From Escherichia phage EAWsc9, in sequence record PQ341120.1: DNA of 64,000 nucleotides; one strand, given 5' to 3'. Positions 1-8,486 of the stretch are shown here, in pieces. A program made the position numbers and the translations under genes. Positions within the stretch are counted from its first letter, which is position 1. Each line of letters begins with the position of its first letter. The notes under the pieces were generated by a model. The model made no database searches. It worked only from the letters and a program-made list of their open reading frames with translations, and was not told the origin of the DNA.

Positions 1-1081
1 AGGCAATAAGCGCATCAACTTCGGCATCAACAACAGCATTGCTATCAATTGCACCCAGCTGGTAATGACGTTTGATTGCGTCACGGAAAGGTTCGTGCTT
101 GAACAACGGACCCCAGAATTCGGTACAGTTAGTATCTTTTGCACGCCATGATTTTTCTTCGCGGACCATTTCACCGGTCTCAACATCAAGATATTCACGG
201 TTATACCAACCAACTTTCGGTTTCACCACAAATCCGATTTCCATTGCCATATCAAGCAGGCCAGAATACGGGTCAATACCCCCATCGAATTTTACATCAA
301 TGAAGAATTTACTTTTCTCTTTGACCATACGAGATTTTTCGGCGTTCAGAACAAATTGGAAACCTTCAAGTTCTTTACCAGTTTCTTTAATCTGACGTTT
401 ACCGATAATGAATACGGTGTCCGCAGAATACATAACACCTGTACCACCGGTCATAACGGTTTTGCTGTACATCTCAATCGTCTCAATTGTATGGTTAACC
501 GCGACACAAGGGATATCCTTGATACTAAAATATGGTGTAACAATACGGAATAGAGATTTCAGGGATTTAGCACGAGTCATATCGCCAACGACTTTTTCGT
601 TCATCGCATCTTCTGTTTCTTTTTTAGACGCCATGTTACCGATTGAGTCAATAAAGATAATGACTTTTTCACCACGCTCAATTGCTTCAAGCTGGTTAAC
701 CATATCAACTTTCAATTGTTCAACCGACTGGATTGGTGTGTGAATAACACGTTCCGGGTCAACTTTCATTGCACGAAGATAGGCTTCTGTGATACCAAAT
801 TCTGAATCATAGAACAAACAGATTGCGTCGGGGTATTTGTTCATATATGCAGAGACCATCGTTAAACCCATATTGGATTTAAAGTGTTTTGACGGACCAG
901 CAAAAATAGTCAAACCTGACTGCATACCACCATCTAGTGCACCGCTGATTGCAATGTTCAGCATCGGGATTTTTGTACGAACTACATCTTTATCATTAAA
1001 AAACTTGGACTTAGTAAGAGTCGCAGTCATTTTGGATGTAGAAGCTTTAATCAAACGGGATTTCAAATCTGCAATAGACAT
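1..1081 (-). CDS. uvsX: UvsX recombinase (RecA-like); N-terminal part, 3' end lies beyond window start
   Basis: Minus-strand ATG at 1079-1081 gives MSIADLKSRLIKASTSK..., near-identical to T4/RB69 UvsX N-terminus incl. Walker A region; reading frame continues past position 1. Confidence 0.93.
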   Translation of the reverse strand, partial: MSIADLKSRLIKASTSKMTATLTKSKFFNDKDVVRTKIPMLNIAISGALDGGMQSGLTIFAGPSKHFKSNMGLTMVSAYMNKYPDAICLFYDSEFGITEAYLRAMKVDPERVIHTPIQSVEQLKVDMVNQLEAIERGEKVIIFIDSIGNMASKKETEDAMNEKVVGDMTRAKSLKSLFRIVTPYFSIKDIPCVAVNHTIETIEMYSKTVMTGGTGVMYSADTVFIIGKRQIKETGKELEGFQFVLNAEKSRMVKEKSKFFIDVKFDGGIDPYSGLLDMAMEIGFVVKPKVGWYNREYLDVETGEMVREEKSWRAKDTNCTEFWGPLFKHEPFRDAIKRHYQLGAIDSNAVVDAEVDALIA

Positions 1082-1134
1082 TCATTTTTTCCATAGGCAC
1101 CATTATATTTTTCTCACAGGTTTAAGATAGGATA

Positions 1135-1162
1135 ATTATATCACTGTATTTTTAGAGCAATT
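1135..1162 (-). promoter_or_regulatory. Candidate MotA-type middle promoter upstream of uvsX
   Basis: Minus strand reads aaTTGCTCTA-12nt-TATAAT; resembles T4 MotA box (TGCTTtA) plus sigma70 -10 at correct spacing. Confidence 0.3.
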
Positions 1163-1166
1163 AATG

Positions 1167-1670
1167 TTAGTTAATACCTTGGCGTGCTTTCTCTTTAGCT
1201 ACACATTTATTAATATAGCTCAGACGGTTTTGAGCAGAACGCTGATACATATCGCGATACTCATTAGCTTTTGGAGAACCCGTCTCTGCTGCCTGATAAG
1301 CTTCCGCGCGCATGATGTTTATCTGCATATTGATGTATGACATGCAGACCTGTGAAATCTGGTTAACAGTATCCAGGTCATTTTGGCGCTTGGTTTCTGC
1401 TTCCAGTTTAGCAATGATTTCGTCATGCTTCGCAGCTTGTTCGCGTTTGTACTCAATTTCACGTTGAGCATATTTCGCGCAGTTATTTCCACATTGATTG
1501 TTGTCGCGTTTGTAGATAAGTCCAGTACCACCTTTGAAATCAAAGGAACCATTATGCACCTGACGGTCTGCAGCAATTCGCGCTTTACCAATCTCACTGG
1601 CATTAACTACATCACCCTGATAAGCACAACCAGATAGCAGCATAACAGCTGCGATAGCTAACTTTTTCAT
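1167..1670 (-). CDS. Predicted lipoprotein (signal peptide + lipobox LLSGC)
   Basis: ORF-track ORF 1167..1697 trimmed to internal ATG at 1670 preceded by GAGGA; product starts MKKLAIAAVMLLSGCAYQG. Confidence 0.6.
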   Translation of the reverse strand: MKKLAIAAVMLLSGCAYQGDVVNASEIGKARIAADRQVHNGSFDFKGGTGLIYKRDNNQCGNNCAKYAQREIEYKREQAAKHDEIIAKLEAETKRQNDLDTVNQISQVCMSYINMQINIMRAEAYQAAETGSPKANEYRDMYQRSAQNRLSYINKCVAKEKARQGIN

Positions 1671-1820
1671 TGTATTTTCCTCAATTAAAACATTCATAGC
1701 GGGCTTGGAGCCCCAAAAATACCCAACCCAAAATTAAAGTTGGAATCATATGCGGAGTCATTATTGCCCAATAGATTGACATACTAAAAAATGCAATCAG
1801 TACAATAATTGTAATTATCT

Positions 1821-2063
1821 TCATTTGGTTTCCTTGATGATAATTACATGTGCATTTGATTTACGCTCAGCAACGAGTGCCCAGATAAATGCAATAAACC
1901 ATCCGACCATTGTCCAACCTAACAGGAGGTTAACAAAGAAGATTCCGCAATTACTTTTGGTTCCTCGCAGTAGCGCGATAATCCACGGCAGAAAATATGC
2001 CAGTGCAGCCAGGAAGAAAGAACCAGCACCAAGAACAACAGTACCTGCAATTAATGTTTCCAT
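1821..2063 (-). CDS. Small two-helix membrane protein at the T4 imm position (Imm-like by synteny only)
   Basis: 80 aa ORF with two hydrophobic segments immediately upstream of gene 43, where T4 carries imm. Confidence 0.5.
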   Translation of the reverse strand: METLIAGTVVLGAGSFFLAALAYFLPWIIALLRGTKSNCGIFFVNLLLGWTMVGWFIAFIWALVAERKSNAHVIIIKETK

Positions 2064-2100
2064 TTTAATATCCTTAAGTTATTCATCAGTTGATGGAGTA

Positions 2101-2130
2101 ATCATACGGCAATCCTTTGCCGTTGTAAAC
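2101..2130 (-). promoter_or_regulatory. Early sigma70-type promoter (GTTTAC-18-TATGAT) with stem-loop in spacer
   Basis: Minus strand GTTTACaacggcaaaggattgccgTATGAT; hairpin ggcaa/ttgcc in spacer; precedes imm-like ORF. Confidence 0.4.
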
Positions 2131-2132
2131 AC

Positions 2133-4847
2133 TTAAAAATCAAACATATCAAAAAGAGATGCTTTTTTCTCGTAATCAACCTTAGCTGCTTCAGAGAACC
2201 CTGTTAACGGTTTGACAAAAGTCTTCTGGAACAGTGTGTTGTAGTCCATCCACTGCAGAACCTGGTCACGGATTTCAATCGGGAGTTCAATCCCTGATGG
2301 CCATGCAATCACGGTTTCGCCAAACGGGTTACCAACTTTAAGAGGAAGCACATACACCTTTTCCCCTTCCATGATTTGTGGAACAGTCTTCAGACCTTTA
2401 GTTGCACGCATATATGCAAGCACACCTTTGATATGAGCCGGGCACTTAAATCCAGGGAAACCACCCTCATTATATTTCTGAATGTTGTTAACCGATGATA
2501 CACCTGCGATGGTCATGTAGTTAAGCTCATTAAATTCCTTATTGAATTCCTTGAAGTATGTCTGCAGAGATTCTTCACCTTCTTGCAGCATGCGACGGAT
2601 ACATTCTTTCAGAGCTTTCTGGCATGCTTTTGGTGTACTCGACTTTTGAGTTTCCAGACCCATGATTTTCAGTTTCGGAACAGCATATCGTGTGCCTTCC
2701 ATATCGTACACGTTCAGAGCATAACGCTTCTTCGCCGTCCAGAATCCACCAACACCTTTAGAACCCAGCGGAGGGCATGCAATCGCTTCACGGTCCATAA
2801 ACATAAGGTGCTGTTTGTTGTTCATGTATTCAGCCAGCTCACGGAAAGCTTTATCGATTGCCGGTTCCAGACGGTCTTTCGCAAACTTGTCCATGAAGTC
2901 AACCAGGTGGTTTGTATCGCGGAATTTAGATTCACCACCAACCTTTTTAATCAGGTTATCGCACTGAATATAAATGGAGTCAGTATCGCCATAGAATACA
3001 TATGTTTCACCACTTGTACCACAAACACTATCAAAATATTCGTTAACTTTACGCTCAATCCACTGCAATGCAAGTTGTCCGAAAGATGTAATCGCGGTTG
3101 CATTTCGCAGGTCAAAGTAACGGAACCAGATATTACCCAGAGCGCCATAACAACTGTTGATAAGCAGTTTACGGTTAATCTGTGCGGTCATACCTGCAAC
3201 TTCTTCCATCTGCGCTTTGTACAACATACCATTCAGAACTGTTTGATTCAGACCGTGCAAGGTTGTTTTCATATTGTCATCGAAGTCATAACGATAATCA
3301 ACTTCAGGCTCGGTTGTACCAGCTCCTGGATTACGCAGAGCTTCCTTAATCAGTTCACCATTACGTTGAGCCGCAAGCATATAACCTTTGTGCTCTTTAC
3401 GCTGATTAAACACCTTGGTGACTTCTGTCGGAATAATACCTGCAACATCTTTAAAATACATCATGCCATTTGGAGCACAACTAAATGTATCGGATGGACG
3501 GTCAGCGGTTCCTGCGATGTATTCGTACATTGGCGCTGGTGCAAATGAGCCGGCAATCGTTTCTGGACTGATGTTAATCTGTCGGATGATGCTCGGATAC
3601 AGAGATGTTAAGTCACAGCTCATAACGTATTTGTATGCGTTTGGAATCGGTTCCTTAACAAATGCACCAGGGAACGATTGGCGAACATGCGATTTGGTTT
3701 CCGGAATGACTTTGTTTTGAGTCTTCAGGCTGTTAAAGATAATCGCATCCCAAGTTTTGATTGGGCTGAATACAGACTGAATCTGCATTTTTGCGTAATA
3801 ACCCATTGACTGACTAAGGTTAATAAACTGACGCTTACGGTCAATCTGTACAACACGATAAACATCGATGATGTTATAAGAAATATACCGTTGGTGATTT
3901 GATTCACGCAGTTTAGAAATCGGACCATCATACGGGAGTTTACCAACACCTAGCTCAGATTCTGCAACATAATCCAACGAATAAGATGGTTGGTTTGTGA
4001 AGCTGAACTTTTTGTACAGGTCCAGATAATCCAGAACAGAGATACCCAGAATCTGAATGATTTCTTGTTCTTCACCGAAGCCGTTGTTAATGACCTTAAC
4101 TTTTGTACGACGATGTGGGCTCAAACGTTTTGCCGTAGCTTCACCAAATACATTTTTAAGGCGGTTGTAGATATATGGAATATCAAACTTCTCGATGTTC
4201 CAACCAGTTAACATAACCGGAGTTTTCTCGTTCCAGAATACCAAATACTGCTGGAGCATTTCTTCTTCTGAATCGAAAGCCATATAAACAATTTTTTCCA
4301 GGATTTCTTCAGGGACTTCATCGCCGCCATCTTCTTGCAGCTTAGCAGCAATATCGATAGACCATTGCTCCACAGTGGCGTATGGTGAGCTCAAAAGGTC
4401 AAAGACATAGAATTTATCGTCTATCGAATCATAGTGCGTCAGGGCATCAATAGGGTGACGTGCTTCAGACGGCTCAGGGAACCCATCAGGAGATGTCACC
4501 TCGATATCGAAGTTAGCCACACGGATTTTACTTGAATCGTATTTGATTTCGTGCGGGTAACGGTCGGACAAGTATGCGAGTTTAAAGTCATCCATACCCA
4601 TAGCTTCGAGACCCATGTCATTCATTCGCTTCATCCACTGGGATGCATCACGCATGGAATCGAATTCTTTTTTCACACAACCTTTATTATAGATGTCTGT
4701 ATATTTTGCAGCCTGGTCTTCGCGGGCATGCATAAACAGGCATGGAGCATAGGGGATTTCACGAACACGTTCATGACCGTTCTTGTCAATGTATCGTTCG
4801 AGCAGATTGTCACCGATTTGTTCGATAGTTAAATAAAATTCTTGCAT
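2133..4847 (-). CDS. 43: DNA polymerase gp43 (family B, with 3'-5' exonuclease)
   Basis: 904 aa; MQEFYLTIEQIG..., DIE exo motif, SLYPSII, YGDTDS polymerase motif; high similarity to RB69/T4 gp43 from recall. Confidence 0.97.
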   Translation of the reverse strand: MQEFYLTIEQIGDNLLERYIDKNGHERVREIPYAPCLFMHAREDQAAKYTDIYNKGCVKKEFDSMRDASQWMKRMNDMGLEAMGMDDFKLAYLSDRYPHEIKYDSSKIRVANFDIEVTSPDGFPEPSEARHPIDALTHYDSIDDKFYVFDLLSSPYATVEQWSIDIAAKLQEDGGDEVPEEILEKIVYMAFDSEEEMLQQYLVFWNEKTPVMLTGWNIEKFDIPYIYNRLKNVFGEATAKRLSPHRRTKVKVINNGFGEEQEIIQILGISVLDYLDLYKKFSFTNQPSYSLDYVAESELGVGKLPYDGPISKLRESNHQRYISYNIIDVYRVVQIDRKRQFINLSQSMGYYAKMQIQSVFSPIKTWDAIIFNSLKTQNKVIPETKSHVRQSFPGAFVKEPIPNAYKYVMSCDLTSLYPSIIRQINISPETIAGSFAPAPMYEYIAGTADRPSDTFSCAPNGMMYFKDVAGIIPTEVTKVFNQRKEHKGYMLAAQRNGELIKEALRNPGAGTTEPEVDYRYDFDDNMKTTLHGLNQTVLNGMLYKAQMEEVAGMTAQINRKLLINSCYGALGNIWFRYFDLRNATAITSFGQLALQWIERKVNEYFDSVCGTSGETYVFYGDTDSIYIQCDNLIKKVGGESKFRDTNHLVDFMDKFAKDRLEPAIDKAFRELAEYMNNKQHLMFMDREAIACPPLGSKGVGGFWTAKKRYALNVYDMEGTRYAVPKLKIMGLETQKSSTPKACQKALKECIRRMLQEGEESLQTYFKEFNKEFNELNYMTIAGVSSVNNIQKYNEGGFPGFKCPAHIKGVLAYMRATKGLKTVPQIMEGEKVYVLPLKVGNPFGETVIAWPSGIELPIEIRDQVLQWMDYNTLFQKTFVKPLTGFSEAAKVDYEKKASLFDMFDF

Positions 4848-4908
4848 TTGGTTTCCTTTATAGTCGAGTGATTGACTTTTGTTTTATGACTTGATGCTAT
4901 TATACTAC

Positions 4909-4929
4909 AAAAGGGACCGAAGTCCCTTT
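4909..4929 (-). terminator. C(UUCG)G tetraloop hairpin followed by U-rich tract upstream of gene 43
   Basis: Minus strand aaagggacTTCGgtcccttt then ttgtagtataat; 8 bp stem. Confidence 0.5.
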
Positions 4930-4932
4930 GCT

Positions 4933-5160
4933 TTAAATTTCTATTGTACGTCGTTCGATGGTTGGATTACCCTTTTCATCTTTAGTTCTAACCATAGCCT
5001 GGAAGGCTCTCTGTCCAGGATGTAATAATTTATTGAGTTCCTTTTGAAATTCTATTTGAAGTTCTTCGGAAAGGTCAAAAATGGTTTGAGTTGGGGAAAG
5101 TCCATATATTTCTTTAAGGCGTTCACATGTTTCAATTTCATGCTTCATATCAATTACCAA
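4933..5160 (-). CDS. Hypothetical small protein between regA and 43
   Basis: 75 aa ORF; start may be the internal ATG at 5148 to avoid overlap with regA. Confidence 0.4.
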   Translation of the reverse strand: MVIDMKHEIETCERLKEIYGLSPTQTIFDLSEELQIEFQKELNKLLHPGQRAFQAMVRTKDEKGNPTIERRTIEI

Positions 5161-5518
5161 TTGTATATTTGGCTACAAGCTTCCAGTCGTCTTTTTGTTT
5201 AAAGGAGATAACACGGAAGTTGTTTGTTACTGCGAACAATTCATTACGCTCTTCTTCTTTGATAGTGATTAAGCCCCAGTCTTCGAGCAGTTGAGTGATG
5301 GAATCACGGCGCTGATAGTCTTCACCATCAATATCCACCTGGCGACCATCCATACGCAGCATTTCTTTGAAGTGAACAATATAATAACGGCCTTGCTTTT
5401 GGAGGATGTGACAGCTCTGGTAAAGTACACGGTCTTTATTATTTGCGATGCCCATACGGGTCAGAGTTTCTTTAACTTTCAGGAAGTCTTCAGGTTGCTT
5501 TAATGTAATTTCAATCAT
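5150..5518 (-). CDS. regA: RegA translational repressor
   Basis: 122 aa; MIEITLKQPEDFLKVKETLTRMGIANNKD... matches T4 RegA along full length. Confidence 0.93.
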   Translation of the reverse strand: MIEITLKQPEDFLKVKETLTRMGIANNKDRVLYQSCHILQKQGRYYIVHFKEMLRMDGRQVDIDGEDYQRRDSITQLLEDWGLITIKEEERNELFAVTNNFRVISFKQKDDWKLVAKYTIGN

Positions 5519-5519
5519 T

Positions 5520-6098
5520 TTACCATTCCAATATTTGTTTTTTAATTTCTTTTTGTTCTTTCACATTACTGGTAACGGTCTTTAAGAATTCATCCGTCAC
5601 CAGACCTTTTGTCTTTTTCAAAACATCTTTAAGACTACCTTTGGCTTTCAATGTTTCCATATACATCAAAGCATCATCTGCATTAATTGTATAATATTTC
5701 ATTAAAAGCTTTAACACAAGCTGGACGCTGACTACATCCGGCTCAGCCTTAGCCCATTTGCCATAACGCTTACCTTGCGGAACTGCATGCAGCAAATAAT
5801 TATAATGCTGTTGGTCTGTTAACCCGGAACCGATTAAGTTCATCACGTTCACCTGCATAATGCAATCGACATGTTGGCTCAATGCGTTTTCCAACCAGAA
5901 TTTATTGTAGTTTTCCGATTGAATCAGGTTCCGTGGTTTTTTACTAACGGTTATGTCATTAAGAATCGCGAACAATTCATTTTCTGCTTTCTCTTTGTAT
6001 GAATCGGACAATTCCTGAATTTTGTTAAAGTCGCGTGATTTCCACGCAACCTCATGTTCGTTTAATTGAACGTCATCATCAAAGAGACTTACAGCCAT
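5520..6098 (-). CDS. 62: Clamp loader small subunit gp62
   Basis: 192 aa ORF in the conserved regA-62-44-45 order; size matches T4 gp62. Confidence 0.85.
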   Translation of the reverse strand: MAVSLFDDDVQLNEHEVAWKSRDFNKIQELSDSYKEKAENELFAILNDITVSKKPRNLIQSENYNKFWLENALSQHVDCIMQVNVMNLIGSGLTDQQHYNYLLHAVPQGKRYGKWAKAEPDVVSVQLVLKLLMKYYTINADDALMYMETLKAKGSLKDVLKKTKGLVTDEFLKTVTSNVKEQKEIKKQILEW

Positions 6099-7048
6099 TT
6101 CATTTCCCCAGCCAGTTGAGCAAACAGATAAGTCAAGTGAACTTCGGTATTGGCTGCAATGCCATGGTACTGATTATTCTCACCCACAATCTCATACATA
6201 CGGATGATGCTTGCACCAGTCAGTTTGCCATACATTTCATCAGCCAGCTTTGCAATGAAGCTTGAATAATCATTTGCATGCTTAGGAGCCAGCCCACGGA
6301 GAACTTTAAAGTTACGGTCCTTAAGGGCATCAATCACATCATCAATTGGTGTGCGATTGTTTGTCACGATGCTCAGAATACCGGAATCGATAACACCTTT
6401 TGCAGAGTAACGGTCAAGCTCATTAATTGTCTTACGCAGGTCCGGGAAGTTATGCTTAACCAGAGCAGCAACAACTTTCAGGTCTTCGATTTCAACGCCT
6501 TCGTTTTTACATATCGCGACTGCACGATGAATCATCTCTTTCATCATAGTAGTCTGGTCAGCTGGAGTTGCTTCACCAAACTTAATTACGCGGCAACGAG
6601 ACTGCAACGGAGTGATGATACCATCGATATTGTTCGCGGTCATAATGATTGAACAGTTGCTCGAATAAGCTTCCATAAAGCTACGAAGGTGTCGTTGCGA
6701 TTCAGCCAGACCCGCACGGTCAAACTCATCGATAACGATTACCTTACGGCGTCCTTCGATTGATTTAGATGATGCAAAGCGAGTCAATTCATTACGCACA
6801 AAGTCAATTCGACAATCGGAGCCGTTAACAAACAGCATATCAGAATTCGTATCCGCACACATAGCTTTTGCAACTGTTGTCTTACCAGTACCAGGGGAAG
6901 AACTGACCAGAATCAAGTTAGGAATCAAACCTTTTTTAACAATCGCCTCTAATGTTTCTTTATCATGTGCCGGGAGAATACACTCTGATAATGTACCTGG
7001 GCGGTATTTTTGTTCCCACATGAATTCTTTGTCATTAACCGTTAACAT
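6089..7048 (-). CDS. 44: Clamp loader ATPase gp44 (AAA+)
   Basis: 319 aa; Walker A SSSPGTGKTT, Walker B VIVIDEFD; T4 gp44 is 319 aa. Confidence 0.95.
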   Translation of the reverse strand: MLTVNDKEFMWEQKYRPGTLSECILPAHDKETLEAIVKKGLIPNLILVSSSPGTGKTTVAKAMCADTNSDMLFVNGSDCRIDFVRNELTRFASSKSIEGRRKVIVIDEFDRAGLAESQRHLRSFMEAYSSNCSIIMTANNIDGIITPLQSRCRVIKFGEATPADQTTMMKEMIHRAVAICKNEGVEIEDLKVVAALVKHNFPDLRKTINELDRYSAKGVIDSGILSIVTNNRTPIDDVIDALKDRNFKVLRGLAPKHANDYSSFIAKLADEMYGKLTGASIIRMYEIVGENNQYHGIAANTEVHLTYLFAQLAGEMKWL

Positions 7049-7084
7049 ATATTTTCCTCATATTAGTTTCTACTTTGTACTCCA

Positions 7085-7100
7085 TGGGGCCGAAGCCCCA
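7085..7100 (-). promoter_or_regulatory. Intercistronic C(UUCG)G hairpin between 45 and 44
   Basis: Minus strand tggggcTTCGgcccca between stop of 45 and start of 44; no U-tract, so likely RNA stability/translation element. Confidence 0.45.
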
Positions 7101-7104
7101 TTTA

Positions 7105-7800
7105 TTAATCTTGGAATTCGTGGCTAGAGCCTTGTTCCATTGCAATCACATAGCTTGCTTGTGTGCCTTCAAACTTCGTAGCAAATTTATCATCTTTCGC
7201 CCAAAGCATAACACGGTAATCAGCCGGAATCATTTTCATGTTCAGTTTGTTAATGATAAATTTAAACGCTGCATCGCCTTCGTAATCGCCACACACCAGG
7301 GAATACAATGGACGCGCTAACTCTTTATCTTCGAGCTGATTATAACCATGGATAACAATCTTACCGTCTTTGTTGGTGATTGCAAAAGTATCCAGAGACA
7401 AACCACCAGCCACACGCAGAAGCTGTTGCAGGTCACTACCTTTCAGGTCGAAAATAACCTTAGCTACCGGGAAAGGAATCTTCTTAGCAGGGAACACGAT
7501 AGTGCTCGGGTCTGCAGCAGGCCAGTGAATCGTTGAACGTTGGTCTTTGATAATGATGTTTGATGCATCTTCAGCCAGAGATACTTCAGCTTGGTCAGTT
7601 ACCAGGCCCAGGATACTTAAGAAGCCGTTTAGGTCATAAATTGCAGCTTCAAAGTCAATTGTATCATTGATTTCGGCTTCGCCATATGACGCTCCAGTTA
7701 CGGAACGAGTCAGGATGGTATTACCTGGCTTAAGCATAATGCCAGAGTAAATGGAAGTGAAGTTTTTCAGAACTGCGATAGTGTCTTTAGAGAATTTCAT
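7105..7800 (-). CDS. 45: Sliding clamp gp45
   Basis: 231 aa; MKFSKDTIAVLKNF... colinear with T4 gp45. Confidence 0.95.
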   Translation of the reverse strand: MKFSKDTIAVLKNFTSIYSGIMLKPGNTILTRSVTGASYGEAEINDTIDFEAAIYDLNGFLSILGLVTDQAEVSLAEDASNIIIKDQRSTIHWPAADPSTIVFPAKKIPFPVAKVIFDLKGSDLQQLLRVAGGLSLDTFAITNKDGKIVIHGYNQLEDKELARPLYSLVCGDYEGDAAFKFIINKLNMKMIPADYRVMLWAKDDKFATKFEGTQASYVIAMEQGSSHEFQD

Positions 7801-7827
7801 TTAATTACCTTTTATTCAAATCAAAAA

Positions 7828-8235
7828 TTAAGCAACAACTGCCATTTGTTTGCGGATAGCTTCCGGAAGAGATTCAATATACTCTGGAAGTTGTGCAGCA
7901 ATAATAGAACCAGCTTGCACCAGATGGTCATCAGAGTTAACGCAATAATCATCTTCAAGACGTTCGGAACCGTCACGGTCGATAACCAGTTTAGCACCAG
8001 CAGCCAGTGAATCGTTATAGTGATTACGCATCAGTTCAATCCACTTATCAGATACATCAGTATCAATCACACCATACAGCATAAATTTAATTTCTTGCGG
8101 CAGAGACTGCAGACGGGTAGCAGATGCTTCATCACAGGCCAGAACCCAGGATTTACGAACACGGTTTTGGTTATGCGGGTTAGCGTCGGTGCGGATGGTT
8201 TTAACTTGGATATCTTTAGCAGTTACGTTGTTCAT
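7828..8235 (-). CDS. RpbA-like protein (by position between 45 and 46)
   Basis: ORF 7828..8259 (non-ATG start codon) trimmed to internal ATG at 8235; identity assigned only by synteny. Confidence 0.4.
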   Translation of the reverse strand: MNNVTAKDIQVKTIRTDANPHNQNRVRKSWVLACDEASATRLQSLPQEIKFMLYGVIDTDVSDKWIELMRNHYNDSLAAGAKLVIDRDGSERLEDDYCVNSDDHLVQAGSIIAAQLPEYIESLPEAIRKQMAVVA

Positions 8236-8259
8236 AATATTCTCTCTATTCATTATCAA

Positions 8260-8451
8260 TTAATCAAAGTATTCATATGCGAACCAGGCATTGTGTCTGT
8301 TCGCGATTATTTTAACATATTCTTCACCGAAAGCGTTTTGCAAGTCACGTTCAGTGACAAGGTGTTCATCTTTCGAAAAGGTATTAACTAACACATACCG
8401 TTTAATTTCAGGGACAGCCAATAAATGCTGCCCGGTTAAGAAGTCAGCCAT
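8260..8451 (-). CDS. Hypothetical small protein (45.2 position)
   Basis: 63 aa ORF, tight packing with flanking genes. Confidence 0.45.
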   Translation of the reverse strand: MADFLTGQHLLAVPEIKRYVLVNTFSKDEHLVTERDLQNAFGEEYVKIIANRHNAWFAYEYFD

Positions 8452-8486
8452 AATAGCCTCTATTATAACATCCTTGTTTTAAAACA

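Noticed and set aside
2583-3548. 321 aa plus-strand ORF (and several shorter ones) lying inside gene 43
   Set aside because: Antisense to the well-supported DNA polymerase gene; Cys/Phe-rich low-complexity translation and no ribosome-binding site.
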